This document shows positions 28,750-39,104 of a stretch of DNA of 64,000 nucleotides, piece after piece. Position numbers and translations under genes: made by a program. The stretch is from Gemmatimonadota bacterium (GTDB lineage: Bacteria; Gemmatimonadota; Gemmatimonadetes; Palauibacterales; Palauibacteraceae), in the NCBI GenBank assembly GCA_036476995.1, contig JAZGCO010000100.1, positions 16,428 to 80,427 of the forward strand, given 5' to 3'. The stretch's first letter is position 1, and each line of letters begins with the position of its first letter. Under the pieces are notes generated by a model. That model had not been told where the DNA came from and searched no databases. It worked only from the letters and a program-made list of their open reading frames with translations.

Positions 28750-29853
28750 ATGAAGTTGTCGCTTACCCGCGAGTCGTTGCATTCCGGCCTCGGGGCTGTT
28801 GCAGCCACGATTCCCACGAAAACGACGTTGCCGGTCCTATCCAACCTCCTGATGCAAGCCAAGGATGGGAAGCTGACGATCCGAGGCACAGATCTGGACA
28901 TGACGGTATCCGTAACGGTCGATGCTGAGATTGAGAATGAGGGTGCGGTAACAGTCCCGGCACGGAAGCTGGCTGAGATTACACGCGAACTTCCTGAAGC
29001 ACCGGTACATATCGATGTAGATGGTGTTCAGATTCAGGTAAGCTGCGGGTCCAGCCGGTTTAAGCTTTTCGGAATACCAGAAGAGGAGTTTCCGGCCTTA
29101 CCGGAATTTGACTTCGCCGGAAGCTGGAAGATACAGGCCCATGTTCTCCAGAATCTGATCAGCCATACAGCGTTTGCCGCCTCCAACGAGGAGAGCCGTC
29201 CGATACTTAACGGTGTGCTGTGGCAGATTCGGCCGGGCACGCTAGCCATGGTCGCGACAAACGGCCACCGCCTGGCGAAGATGATCGTGAAGATCGACGG
29301 GGCGAGTCCGCCCGATGCCGATCTCATAGTGCCACCGAAGGCGCTACTACAGGTGCAAAAGCTATTTGACAAGGATGCGGAGCTGGAAGTCGCAGACTCG
29401 AAGAACCACCTCGCGTTCAGGTCACCCGGAAGGTCTGTATATACTCGGCTGATAGAGGGCCCGTACCCGAATTACGAGCAGGTTATTCCGAAGGACAACG
29501 ACAAGCAGGCTACAGCGAACAAAGACAACCTGGCAGCTGCGATACGGCGTATGGCAGTTCTTGCGAGCGACCAGACACATCGGGTCCGTATGGCGTTTTC
29601 GGAAGGAAACGTCTCCTTTCGTGTCCAGACGCCGGATCTAGGCGAAGCAGAGGATGAGATGCCGCTTGACTACTCGGGCGACACTCTCGAGATCGGTTTC
29701 AATGCGAACTATCTTCTCGAGGTGCTCCGGTTCATGCCGGATGACGACGTGATGATCGGATTCAAGGCGCCTGAGCGGGCCGTGACTTTCAGGCCCACAA
29801 GTAACGACTCCGATTACTTGTGCCTGGTTATGCCGCTGCGGCTTCTCGACTAG
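28750..29853 (+). CDS. dnaN: DNA polymerase III beta sliding clamp
   Basis: Three-domain clamp of 367 aa, positioned immediately after dnaA. Confidence 0.95.
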   Translation: MKLSLTRESLHSGLGAVAATIPTKTTLPVLSNLLMQAKDGKLTIRGTDLDMTVSVTVDAEIENEGAVTVPARKLAEITRELPEAPVHIDVDGVQIQVSCGSSRFKLFGIPEEEFPALPEFDFAGSWKIQAHVLQNLISHTAFAASNEESRPILNGVLWQIRPGTLAMVATNGHRLAKMIVKIDGASPPDADLIVPPKALLQVQKLFDKDAELEVADSKNHLAFRSPGRSVYTRLIEGPYPNYEQVIPKDNDKQATANKDNLAAAIRRMAVLASDQTHRVRMAFSEGNVSFRVQTPDLGEAEDEMPLDYSGDTLEIGFNANYLLEVLRFMPDDDVMIGFKAPERAVTFRPTSNDSDYLCLVMPLRLLD

Positions 29854-29862
29854 CAATATCCG

Positions 29863-30609
29863 ATGCGAGCTTGCCACCACTGCGGCTTCGAGTTCGCGGC
29901 CGCAGCTGATGAGTGCCCCCTGTGTCAGACACCGGCCAGTAAGACAGAGCCGAGTCGGGCCAACTCCGAGAGAGCCGACAAGGTCGCCTGGGAAGACGCC
30001 AGCGAAGGTTTCCCCGGCAATCTTTTGCAGACGTGGCTCGACTGTGTCACCCGTCCTACCGAGTTCTTTTCCAAGGTTGATCTCTCGGCCTCACTGGGCC
30101 GGCCGGTTCTGTACTATCTCATCGTCAGCATGTTGTCTGCCTTCTTCTACATGGCATGGGGTTCGCCCGGCTTCGACGAGAGCTGGAGTTCAGCCCTTGG
30201 CGTGCAGGCAGACCAACTGGGTCCGATATCGTCGTCCTTCAAGTTGCTGTACTTCTTCGCGACACCGTTCGCCAGCCTGCTCGCCCTCTGTATCGGGACA
30301 CTCGCCTATCACGTCTTCAGGCTATTCTTGGCCCCAAACGGGCGGCGTTTGTCGGACACGGCACGGGTCCTCTGTTACGCCGGTAGTCCCGGGATTTTGA
30401 ACGTTATTCCCTGGGTAGGCGGCCTGGTCGGTGGCATCTGGTCGCTGGTGCTGCTCGTCGTCGGGATCCGTGAGATGCACCGGACCACGACCGGCCGCTC
30501 CGTAGCCATCGTTCTTCTCCCCATGGTAATCTTGATGGTGGTCGCTGTGTTGTTCACTCTCCTTCTGGTTTTCATGCTCGCCGGCGTGCCTGATGGATTC
30601 TCTCGGTAG
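29863..30609 (+). CDS. Zinc-ribbon plus Yip1-domain membrane protein
   Basis: N-terminal CHHCG...CPLC zinc ribbon, followed by about five transmembrane helices resembling the Yip1/DUF1282 family. Confidence 0.5.
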   Translation: MRACHHCGFEFAAAADECPLCQTPASKTEPSRANSERADKVAWEDASEGFPGNLLQTWLDCVTRPTEFFSKVDLSASLGRPVLYYLIVSMLSAFFYMAWGSPGFDESWSSALGVQADQLGPISSSFKLLYFFATPFASLLALCIGTLAYHVFRLFLAPNGRRLSDTARVLCYAGSPGILNVIPWVGGLVGGIWSLVLLVVGIREMHRTTTGRSVAIVLLPMVILMVVAVLFTLLLVFMLAGVPDGFSR

Positions 30610-30651
30610 GCAGGTGCTAGCACTCTGCCTCGCAGATCGGACGGCAGCAGA

Positions 30652-31455
30652 ATGACCACGCCGCGACCGAGGGATAGGGAGCACCTGGAGCGACTGGAGT
30701 TGTCTCGCGGGCATATTCCGCCCGGGTCCGAGCCCGTCGAGCCGCGGCCCGCGGCCCCGATCATCACGGCCCGGCGTTGCAACACAGGGTTCGAGGTGCT
30801 CCTGCTGAAACGGCCCGACACAGCCCGTTTCGCCGCCGGCGTGTTCGTATTCGCCGGGGGGGTTGTGGACGCGGCCGACCACGGCGATACCCTCCTGGAA
30901 ACTCTTCCTCCCGGTTTCGCCGGCCACGAAAGGGCGGCGCTGGCCGCAGGCCTTCGCGAGCTGTTTGAAGAGACCGGATTTCTCCTGAGTGATGAGCCGG
31001 TTTCGCCGGCCGACGCGGACCGGGTCCGGAGGGACCTGCTGAGCGGGACCACCTCGTTCACGGACATTGTGACGCAGATGCGCATCAGCTTCAGGAGCCT
31101 CCGTGTCGCCTACATCGGGCGTTGGGTCACCCCGGTGAACCTCGCGCGCCGATACGACGCTCACTTCTTCCTGACTGAAGCCCCGGGCGATGACCCTCAG
31201 TTGACGGGCGAGCTGACCGGTCATGTGTGGCTTCAGCCGGCTGAGGCCGTCCACAGATTCGAGACCGGAGACCTCCCTATGTTGTTTCCGACCCGGCGTA
31301 CCCTCGAAGACCTCGCCCGCTTCGCAGGACTGGATGAGGCCTTGGACGCCTACGTGAACCGCCAAGTCGAAGCCGTTATTCCGAGGCTGCTGGTGAGGGG
31401 TGATTCGGTGGTGCCCGTCCTACCTGGCGATCCCGGCTTCGAAGAAGCGGGCTGA
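30652..31455 (+). CDS. NUDIX hydrolase
   Basis: Nudix box GLRELFEETGF. Confidence 0.75.
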   Translation: MTTPRPRDREHLERLELSRGHIPPGSEPVEPRPAAPIITARRCNTGFEVLLLKRPDTARFAAGVFVFAGGVVDAADHGDTLLETLPPGFAGHERAALAAGLRELFEETGFLLSDEPVSPADADRVRRDLLSGTTSFTDIVTQMRISFRSLRVAYIGRWVTPVNLARRYDAHFFLTEAPGDDPQLTGELTGHVWLQPAEAVHRFETGDLPMLFPTRRTLEDLARFAGLDEALDAYVNRQVEAVIPRLLVRGDSVVPVLPGDPGFEEAG

Positions 31456-32306
31456 TGACCGAGGTCATCCCAGGAGTGCTTCGGCTGTTGGCCGACAACC
31501 CGGGTCCGATGACGCTCAGCGGCACATGCACGTACCTGCTGGGCGCGGAGACCGTCACCATCGTGGACCCCGGCCCGGCGGGACAGCAGCAGATGGGCCT
31601 GCTCGAGCGGAGAGTCGCTGGTAGGCCTGTAGGCGCAATCCTTCTGACGCACGCGCACCTGGATCACTCCGGATCGGCAGAGAGAGCCGCCGAGTTCTTT
31701 GAGGCCCCGATTCTTGGATCAGCGGCTACGCTTGAGCGTCTTAACTTGACCGGCCGGCCACTGGCCGACGGCGCGCCTGTCGTGCCCGGCGACCTCGACG
31801 GGTCTATCGTCGCGATGCACACCCCCGGCCACTCCTCCGATCACGTTTGCTTCTTTCTCGAGGGAGCCAGGGCTGTATTCACGGGCGACCTTGTTCTAGG
31901 TACCGGTACCAGCGCGATCCTGTATCCCGATGGCTGCGTGACGGAGTACCTGGCTAGCCTTCAGCGCCTGGAACGTGTGGATCCGGTGTTCCTGCTACCG
32001 GGTCATGGGCCGCTCGTGAAAAACGCCACAGAGAAGCTTCGTGAGTATTCAGAGCACAGACTGAACCGAGAACAGCAGATCCTGGGCGCGGTTACGGCTG
32101 GCGCAAGCACCCTGGCGGCTGTGCGCGAAGAGGTCTACGGCTCGCTCGCCCCAGGGTTGGACACCCCGGCCGAATTATCGATCTGTGCCCACCTGCAACG
32201 CCTGGGGGCCGGCGCGTCTTCTAGTCGAGACGGAGAGGACCGGCTGCGGTCGTTGCTCGAGGAGTGTGCTTGCACTTGGGGCAAACGGCCGGCAACGGAC
32301 CCCTGA
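31455..32306 (+). CDS. MBL-fold metallo-hydrolase
   Basis: HxHxDH motif (LTHAHLDHSG). ATGA overlap with the NUDIX hydrolase stop codon. Confidence 0.75.
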   Translation: MTEVIPGVLRLLADNPGPMTLSGTCTYLLGAETVTIVDPGPAGQQQMGLLERRVAGRPVGAILLTHAHLDHSGSAERAAEFFEAPILGSAATLERLNLTGRPLADGAPVVPGDLDGSIVAMHTPGHSSDHVCFFLEGARAVFTGDLVLGTGTSAILYPDGCVTEYLASLQRLERVDPVFLLPGHGPLVKNATEKLREYSEHRLNREQQILGAVTAGASTLAAVREEVYGSLAPGLDTPAELSICAHLQRLGAGASSSRDGEDRLRSLLEECACTWGKRPATDP

Positions 32307-32345
32307 TCCGGCGAGTCGACCGGCCACCTGGCTGCCGGTCGCCGG

Positions 32346-33176
32346 TTAGACCCCACGATCACGTGGCGGCAACGTGCCGCGGAAACAGGCCTGCGCACCT
32401 CCGGCAAGGCCGATTCGCGAGGTACTTCGGGCTCCCACGGGAAGATCCTCAGGGAGCGTAACGGTGAGCGTGTCGCCTCCTCTGACACTCAGGTGCAGCG
32501 TGCGGCCACATCGCTCGGCGGCGAATAGGGCCAGAGCTGCGGCCATGCATCCGCTCCCACAGGCCATCGTCTCTCCCTCCACTCCGCGCTCGAAGGTTCG
32601 AATCCGAGCCCTATCGGAGCTGGAAAGAGTGACCAGGTTCACGTTGGTTCCGTGCTCGCCGAACTCGGGAGCGGTTCGAATCGGGCGGCAAATCTCGCCG
32701 ATATCCTCCGTCGGCAGGACCTCGAGGGGCAGCACGAAGTGAGGCGTTCCAATCCTTACGAGCCAGCCGGCCGTGGTGGCTCCACCAGGACCTGGCATCG
32801 TATGCTCACCGACCACTTCGGCAGGAATCTCGTAGCCCAGTTCAACGGAACGGCCGGAGACAGAGGCCCGCACCCAGCCGTCCGCCGTCTCGATTCCGAA
32901 CGGACCGTTCGGCACCAGGTCTTCATCGCAGGCGTAAAGGGCGGCGCAACGGGTCCCGTTCCCGCACGTTCCGAATTCCGAACCGTCCGGGTTGAAAAAC
33001 CGCACCCTGATTCCGCCTTCAGTCTTACCCACCAGGATGAGCCCGTCTACGCAAACTCCGAGCGTTCGCGAACACACCCACCTCGCCAGGTCGTCGGCAG
33101 CCATATCCTGGAGTAGATCCTCGCGGATCAACACGAAGTCGTTTCCGGCCCCCGAGTACTTGGCGAACGGCAACAC
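32346..33176 (-). CDS. dapF: Diaminopimelate epimerase
   Basis: N-terminal FAKYSGAGNDFVL motif and both catalytic cysteines (CGNGTRC, ACGSGCMAA). Confidence 0.9.
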   Translation of the reverse strand: MLPFAKYSGAGNDFVLIREDLLQDMAADDLARWVCSRTLGVCVDGLILVGKTEGGIRVRFFNPDGSEFGTCGNGTRCAALYACDEDLVPNGPFGIETADGWVRASVSGRSVELGYEIPAEVVGEHTMPGPGGATTAGWLVRIGTPHFVLPLEVLPTEDIGEICRPIRTAPEFGEHGTNVNLVTLSSSDRARIRTFERGVEGETMACGSGCMAAALALFAAERCGRTLHLSVRGGDTLTVTLPEDLPVGARSTSRIGLAGGAQACFRGTLPPRDRGV

Positions 33177-33535
33177 GAAGAATTCCGGTCCTTCCCTTAT
33201 CGGGGTTGAAGCGGCAAGGGCCGCCGGCGCACTGCCTGCGGCCCTACCGTACTTATCCGGTCGTAGCTCGGCACAGGCACAGTGCCGGCCCGTTGGCCTT
33301 AGAGGCGACCGCCGTTCTGTGCCACGCTCGGCACGGATCTACATCCATCAGACACGAGATCACCTCCTTGTTTCTGGTTCAACAAAGGGCCTGGTCAAAG
33401 CTAGAGACGCCAGTCAAGGCTCGCAACGGACGCCTGGACCAGGCGGACTCCGATTCTGCAGGTTGTCTCCTGCGCGACTATTATTCGCCATCGATCCAAT
33501 GGATCGTCAAACACGGACAGGACCTTGCAAGGACA

Positions 33536-34258
33536 ATGGCAGTGAGCGAAAAGCTTCCATACCAACTTTCAGACCAACCAGCCGGCCAGCCCGTCGCCCT
33601 CGCACGGGCGCGAGAAGAGGCCGTCCGCCAGCTAGTGGCCCAGTACGCCGGCGACAACCTGACCGTGGAGGAGTTCGAGGCGCGGGTAGACGCTTCGTAC
33701 CAGGCCTCAACGCGGCAGCAGTTGGAGGCTCTGACCGCCGATCTTCCCGTCCTGCACGGCGGCGCGGCGGTGGCCCCCGCTGCGGTCAGCGCAACCACTG
33801 CGACGGTGCCGTCTCATACAGTGTCCAAACGCAGCGTTCAGATCGCGGTTTGCGGGGGATCGAAACGGCAGGGTGGCTGGCGACCTGGTCGTCACCACTT
33901 CTCTTTTTCCGTGATGGGCGGTTCTGATATTGACTTTCGCGAAGCCCTACTACCGCCAGGCGAGACCGAGGTGACGATCTTGAACCTGATGGGCGGAACC
34001 ACAGTTATCGTTCCCCCGGGCCTGGACGTGAAGTCGCACGGATTCGCTCTCATGGGGGGCTTCGATGGAGTGGACCAACAGGGCGATCTGGCTCCGGACG
34101 CTCCCCGACTAACGATTAGGGGCTTCGCGCTCATGGGCGGGATTTCGATCGAGGTGCGAGGGCCGGGAGAGTCCCACCGCGACGCGAAGCGCCGGCGGAG
34201 GGCCGAGCGCAAGGCTTTGCGAACCTCGCACCGGGCGCAGTTGCCGGGCGGCGAATAA
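33536..34258 (+). CDS. DUF1707 (SHOCT-like) / LiaF-like C-terminal domain protein
   Basis: N-terminal DUF1707 motif (LTVEEFEARVDASYQASTRQQLEALTADLP) and C-terminal beta-strand repeats like LiaF/DUF2154 (ILNLMGGTTVIV, GFALMGG). Start set at the ATG at 33536. Confidence 0.55.
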   Translation: MAVSEKLPYQLSDQPAGQPVALARAREEAVRQLVAQYAGDNLTVEEFEARVDASYQASTRQQLEALTADLPVLHGGAAVAPAAVSATTATVPSHTVSKRSVQIAVCGGSKRQGGWRPGRHHFSFSVMGGSDIDFREALLPPGETEVTILNLMGGTTVIVPPGLDVKSHGFALMGGFDGVDQQGDLAPDAPRLTIRGFALMGGISIEVRGPGESHRDAKRRRRAERKALRTSHRAQLPGGE

Positions 34259-34379
34259 CCCTACCTGACACACATTTCAGCGTGCTTGACGCCCTGAGCC
34301 GCGCCCCGGTATTCTGCTCACCCGGCGGCACGTGGAAGCCCCCGCGGTGCCAGGCAAGCCAACCCCCTGGAGGCAGTGA

Positions 34380-34766
34380 ATGTCAGAGATCCCAGACGGA
34401 CTCAAGTATTCTGAGGAACATGAGTACGTTCGCGAGGCCGCCGAAGCTGTCGTAACGATCGGGATCACGGACTACGCTCAGGGAGAGCTGGGGGACGTAG
34501 TCTTCGTGGAACTTCCGACCGCGGGCGACGCACTTGAGAGAATGGATGTATTCGGCACGATAGAGGCCGTGAAGGCGGTTTCCGAGCTATTCGCGCCGCT
34601 CGCCGGCGAGGTCATCGAGGTAAACGAAGCTCTCGACGAAGATCCGGCTCTGGTCAATTCTGATCCGTACCAGGAGGGCTGGATGATACGTCTCCGGGTT
34701 CGGAACCCCAACGAGTTGGACGACCTCATGTCCGCCGCTGACTACGCAGCCCACATCGACGCCTAG
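34380..34766 (+). CDS. gcvH: Glycine cleavage system H protein
   Basis: Lipoyl-lysine motif region (GTIEAVKAVSEL). Confidence 0.9.
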   Translation: MSEIPDGLKYSEEHEYVREAAEAVVTIGITDYAQGELGDVVFVELPTAGDALERMDVFGTIEAVKAVSELFAPLAGEVIEVNEALDEDPALVNSDPYQEGWMIRLRVRNPNELDDLMSAADYAAHIDA

Positions 34767-34767
34767 C

Positions 34768-36099
34768 ATGTCCTTCGTCCCACACAGCGAAGAAGATCGG
34801 CGGGAGATGCTGGAGCTCATCGGCGTGTCGAGCGTGCGAGATCTCTATTCCGATGTCCCGGAAAATCTCATCCTGGACCGCGACCTCGACATCCCGGTTG
34901 CGCTGTCCGAGTGGGAGGTCGTCCAGCGGCTCGAGACCATCGCCGCGGAGAACGAACACCTTGTGAGCTTTGCCGGTGCCGGTATATACGATCACTACGT
35001 ACCGGCCGCGGTGGATCACCTTATCCGCAGAAGCGAGTTCTACACCGCGTATACTCCCTACCAGCCGGAGGTCGCGCAGGGGACTCTGCAAGTGATCTAT
35101 GAGTTCCAGTCCATGACCTGCGAGCTCACCGGTATGGACGTGGCCAACGCCTCGATGTACGACGGGCCGTCGGCTGCGGCTGAGGCTGCGATCCTCGCCA
35201 GGGCCGTGACTCGCAGAAGCCGGGTTGTAGCCGCCTCATCCCTCCACCCGCACTACCGGAAGGTGATTGAGACGTACCTGTCGGGACAGGGAGTAGCCCC
35301 ACACCCGGTTGCCTGGACCGAGGCTGGTTCTCTGGACAGTTCGGAGCTCGCAGCGCAGCTAGGCGACGACACCGCCTGCGTGATCGTCCAGCAGCCCAAT
35401 TTCTTCGGACTCATAGAGGACCTTGAGCCGATCGCCGAGCAGGTTCACTCAGCCGGAGCGTTGCTTGTCGTGGTCGCGGACCCGATGGTCCTGCCAATCC
35501 TTCGGTCGCCTGGTGAGTGTGGAGCGGACATCGTCGTGGCCGAGGGACAGCCGTTTGGCAACACGCCGAACTACGGCGGCCCGGTCGTGGGCCTGTTCGC
35601 CGCTCGAGAGAAGTTTATTCGTAAGATGCCGGGCCGAATTGTCGGTGCGACCGTGGACGCAGAAGGACGCCGAGGTTACGTGCTGACGCTGCAGACGCGG
35701 GAGCAACAGATCCGCCGAGAAAAGGCGACGAGCAACATCTGCACGAACCAGGGGCTGAACGCGCTGGCAGCCACCATTCACCTGGCCTTGCTCGGACGCG
35801 CCGGCCTGCGGGCAGCAGCTGAGGCTTCGGCACAGAACGCGCACTACGCCCGGCGGTTGCTCGTCGACGCTGGTGTGGAGTTGATGTTCCCGGATTTGCC
35901 GTTCGTGCGCGAATTCGCGGTTCGAACCGCTGATCAGTCTCATGAGATCCTGGAGCGGGGCATCAAACGCGGAATCTTGGCGGGTGTCAGCCTGTCCCGA
36001 TTCCCCTCGCTGGAAGCTGGCGACGGCCTGCTCCTGGCCTTTACCGAAAAACGCAGCCGTGAGGAGATTCAGCTCCTGGCGGACGTAATAGCAGGTTAG
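34768..36099 (+). CDS. gcvPA: Glycine dehydrogenase (decarboxylating) subunit 1
   Basis: Family similarity throughout. 443 aa. Confidence 0.9.
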   Translation: MSFVPHSEEDRREMLELIGVSSVRDLYSDVPENLILDRDLDIPVALSEWEVVQRLETIAAENEHLVSFAGAGIYDHYVPAAVDHLIRRSEFYTAYTPYQPEVAQGTLQVIYEFQSMTCELTGMDVANASMYDGPSAAAEAAILARAVTRRSRVVAASSLHPHYRKVIETYLSGQGVAPHPVAWTEAGSLDSSELAAQLGDDTACVIVQQPNFFGLIEDLEPIAEQVHSAGALLVVVADPMVLPILRSPGECGADIVVAEGQPFGNTPNYGGPVVGLFAAREKFIRKMPGRIVGATVDAEGRRGYVLTLQTREQQIRREKATSNICTNQGLNALAATIHLALLGRAGLRAAAEASAQNAHYARRLLVDAGVELMFPDLPFVREFAVRTADQSHEILERGIKRGILAGVSLSRFPSLEAGDGLLLAFTEKRSREEIQLLADVIAG

Positions 36100-36124
36100 T
36101 TTCCGCCCCGGCAAAGAGGCAATC

Positions 36125-36817
36125 ATGGGACGAGTAGTATTTCACGGACATGCGACCTTCGAGGTGGCGCTCTCGGACGGGACACGTCTTTTGATTGACC
36201 CCTTCTTTACCGGCAACCCGGCCGCGACCGTCGGGCTCGAGCATTTCGATGATGGACTCGACTTTCTTCTGCTCACGCACGGTCACGCGGATCATGTCGC
36301 GGACGCCTGGAACATAATCGAGCGGACCGGGTGCACCGTGATCAGCAGCGTCGAGCTTTGCACGTATGTGAGCGACGTGCTCGGCCACGGCGATACTCAT
36401 CCGATGAGCATCGGTGGAGGGTTCGGTTTTCCGTTCGGCCGAGTGGAAATGACGCCCGCTCTCCACGGCGGCAGGCTGGACGCTCCGGGTGGGGAAGGCT
36501 ACACGTGCCCCCCGGCGGGCTTCCTGCTCGAGATTGAGGGCGCCGGACTGTACTTCGCCGGTGACACAGGGCTTACACGCGAAATGGAGCTACTGCGTGA
36601 TCGAGTAGACGTGGCCATGCTCCCTATCGGCGACAACTTCACAATGGGGCCTAGAGACGCCGCCAGAGCCGTCGGGATGATCGGACCGGACATCGTCGTT
36701 CCGTGCCACTACAACACATTTGACGTAATCCATCAGGATCCGGCCAGGTTCGCCGACCTGGTGGGCGATGCGGCGGAAGTCAGAGTGCTAGAAGCGGGGG
36801 AATCTCTGGAGTTTTGA
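36125..36817 (+). CDS. UPF0173-type metal-dependent hydrolase (MBL fold) interposed between gcvPA and gcvPB
   Basis: LTHGHADH motif. 230 aa. Confidence 0.7.
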   Translation: MGRVVFHGHATFEVALSDGTRLLIDPFFTGNPAATVGLEHFDDGLDFLLLTHGHADHVADAWNIIERTGCTVISSVELCTYVSDVLGHGDTHPMSIGGGFGFPFGRVEMTPALHGGRLDAPGGEGYTCPPAGFLLEIEGAGLYFAGDTGLTREMELLRDRVDVAMLPIGDNFTMGPRDAARAVGMIGPDIVVPCHYNTFDVIHQDPARFADLVGDAAEVRVLEAGESLEF

Positions 36818-38298
36818 TGAATCGATTTCCGTTTAAGGGCGACCACACGCCGACGATCTTCGAGAAGTCGAGGCCCGGAAGGCGCGGGACATCCGTTCCC
36901 GCGCCGAACGTGGATGTCAGGGCCTTGGCTGACCTGATTCCGCAGCGATTTCTACGGTCCGATGACCCGCGTCTCCCGGAAGTGCCTGAGCATGAGGTAG
37001 TCCGACACTACACAGAACTGTCGCTCAAGAATCACCATGTGGACCGGGCCATGTACCCGCTTGGCTCGTGCACGATGAAGTACAACCCGAAAGTCAACGA
37101 GGCGATGGCCCGCCTGCCGGACCTGGCCGGCCTACATCCCATGGCGCCGCATTCGGCAGTCCAGGGCGCTCTGCGCCTCATGTTCGAACTGGCGCAGATT
37201 CTGGGTGAGATTTCCGGCATGGACGACGTCACCTTGCAGCCGGCGGCCGGCGCTCAGGGAGAGATGACCGGTGTCCTGCTAATGCGTGCCTATCACCGTG
37301 CCAACGGTCAAAGGCAGCGCACCAAGGTGCTGATTCCGGACTCCGCCCATGGGACCAATCCCGCTACGGTCGCTCTGGCGGGATTCGAGACGGTGACGCT
37401 CAAGTCCAGCGAAACAGGGCGTACCGACATGGATGCGCTCCGCGGGGCACTGAACGAAAACGTCGCCGGGATGATGCTGACCAATCCCAATACGCTCGGC
37501 GTTTTCGAGCCCGATATCGCCGAGATCTGCGGACTGGTGCACGAGGCCGGTGGTCTCATGTATATGGACGGCGCGAATTTGAATGCGCTCATGGGGGTCA
37601 CCCGGCCGGGTGATATGGGATATGACATCGTGCACTTCAATCTGCACAAGACGTTCAGCACGCCACACGGCGGGGGTGGTCCCGGCGCAGGGCCCGTAGG
37701 CGTCAAGAGTCACCTCAGTCCGTTCCTGCCTGTGCCCCGTGTAGTCGAGGCGAGCGGAGAATTCCGGTTCGACTGGGATCTGTCAGAGTCGATTGGCAAG
37801 CTGCACGGATTTTTCGGCAACTTCGGAGTACTGGTACGAGCCTACACCTACATCCGGATGCTCGGCCGACAGGGCATAAGAGATACGGCCGAGGCGGCGG
37901 TCCTCAACAACGCATATCTGACCGCGCTCCTGGAAGGTCACTACCCCGTTCCTTACGGTCGCGGAATGCACGAATCTGTTTTCTCAGGTTCCGACCTGAA
38001 GAAGAGAACCGGGGTGAAAACAACGGATATTGCAAAGCGTCTGCTGGACTATGGCTTCCACGCACCGACCATCTATTTTCCGCTGATCGTGCCCGAGGCG
38101 CTGATGATAGAGCCCACGGAGACGGAGACGCGCGAGGAACTGGGCCGCTTTGCCGAGGCCATGATCGCGATCGCCGATGAAGCGGAGACGGACCCCGAAA
38201 TGGTTGCATCCGCTCCTCATTTCACCCCGGTCAACCGGATGGACGAGGGCAGGGCCGGCCGCGAGCTGGACGTGAGATGGAGCTTCCCGGACAGCTAG
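36814..38298 (+). CDS. gcvPB: Glycine dehydrogenase (decarboxylating) subunit 2
   Basis: PLP-dependent GcvP C-terminal half, including a CTMKYNPK region. Confidence 0.9.
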   Translation: MMNRFPFKGDHTPTIFEKSRPGRRGTSVPAPNVDVRALADLIPQRFLRSDDPRLPEVPEHEVVRHYTELSLKNHHVDRAMYPLGSCTMKYNPKVNEAMARLPDLAGLHPMAPHSAVQGALRLMFELAQILGEISGMDDVTLQPAAGAQGEMTGVLLMRAYHRANGQRQRTKVLIPDSAHGTNPATVALAGFETVTLKSSETGRTDMDALRGALNENVAGMMLTNPNTLGVFEPDIAEICGLVHEAGGLMYMDGANLNALMGVTRPGDMGYDIVHFNLHKTFSTPHGGGGPGAGPVGVKSHLSPFLPVPRVVEASGEFRFDWDLSESIGKLHGFFGNFGVLVRAYTYIRMLGRQGIRDTAEAAVLNNAYLTALLEGHYPVPYGRGMHESVFSGSDLKKRTGVKTTDIAKRLLDYGFHAPTIYFPLIVPEALMIEPTETETREELGRFAEAMIAIADEAETDPEMVASAPHFTPVNRMDEGRAGRELDVRWSFPDS

Positions 38299-39080
38299 GA
38301 GTCTTGCTCGCAGCCACCAGCCTCCGGGTTCTTCGCCACGGGCCGCAGTCGGGGGCGTTCAACATGGCTGTTGACGAAGCGCTCCACGACTCCGCACGAA
38401 CCGGCCAGGTAACGCTTCGATTCTACGCCTGGCGACCCGCATGTCTTTCTCTCGGCCGTAACCAGACTGCCAGGGGTCGATACCGAGAGGACGAAGCACT
38501 GCGACGCGGTATCGACATCGTGAGACGTCCGACCGGTGGCCGAGCGGTGTACCACGACCGCGAACTCACCTACAGCGTTACGGCCCCGGCCGATCTATGG
38601 GGCCCGCTTCCAGACAGCTATCGCCGCATAAATCGAGCGCTGAGTGCGGGTCTCATCGCTTTGGGAGTGCCTGCTTCGCTCGCACCATCGACCATATCCG
38701 CGCCTCGTCCTACGACCAGAGCTTGTTTTCGAGATCCTTTGGAAGGCGAGATCGTAGCTGGTGGTGCCAAACTGGTGGGTAGCGCTCAGTGGCGCAGCAA
38801 AGGCGCCCTGCTCCAGCATGGCTCTCTCTTGCTGCACGACGACCAGGATGTCGCGGATGAGCTTCACGTGTCGTCATCGCCTGCCATCCGGGCGGCTAGC
38901 CTGACCGACTTTCTCGGCCAGGTGCCGCCCACAACCGAAATCGCCGACAATCTCAGCCAGGCTTTCGGGCACGAGTTCGGGATGGCTGTGAGTGACGAAT
39001 GTCTCACGACCGGCGAACGAGAAACCGCTGTCCGGTTGGAAGCCAAGTACCTCTCACCGGACTGGACCTGGCGCCGCTGA
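38277..39080 (+). CDS. Lipoate-protein ligase / octanoyltransferase (LplA/LipM-like BPL_LplA_LipB catalytic domain)
   Basis: [10 protein letters not shown]-terminal motif and [12 protein letters not shown] motif. Positioned after gcvPB. Confidence 0.8.
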   Translation: MELPGQLGVLLAATSLRVLRHGPQSGAFNMAVDEALHDSARTGQVTLRFYAWRPACLSLGRNQTARGRYREDEALRRGIDIVRRPTGGRAVYHDRELTYSVTAPADLWGPLPDSYRRINRALSAGLIALGVPASLAPSTISAPRPTTRACFRDPLEGEIVAGGAKLVGSAQWRSKGALLQHGSLLLHDDQDVADELHVSSSPAIRAASLTDFLGQVPPTTEIADNLSQAFGHEFGMAVSDECLTTGERETAVRLEAKYLSPDWTWRR

Positions 39081-39104
39081 GCCAAGGTTACATACCTTCG
39101 AATC

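Noticed and set aside
30322-31365. 347-aa minus-strand ORF.
   Set aside because: It is antisense to the NUDIX hydrolase and Yip1-like genes, which carry clear family motifs. The composition is an Arg/Pro-rich high-GC artefact.
32581-32605. tRNA-like GGTTCGAATCC T-loop motif.
   Set aside because: It lies inside the dapF coding region. The flanking sequence cannot form a cloverleaf: the stem would enclose a 12-nt loop and there is no acceptor pairing. Coincidental.
32992-33927. 311-aa plus-strand ORF.
   Set aside because: It overlaps dapF on the opposite strand and the DUF1707/LiaF-like gene in another frame. It is low-complexity, Arg/Pro/Ser-rich, and has no motifs.
34259-34379. Possible glycine riboswitch upstream of gcvH.
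   Set aside because: The leader is only about 60 nt after a plausible TTGACG-N17-GTATTC promoter. It lacks the conserved glycine-aptamer core motifs. No riboswitch called.
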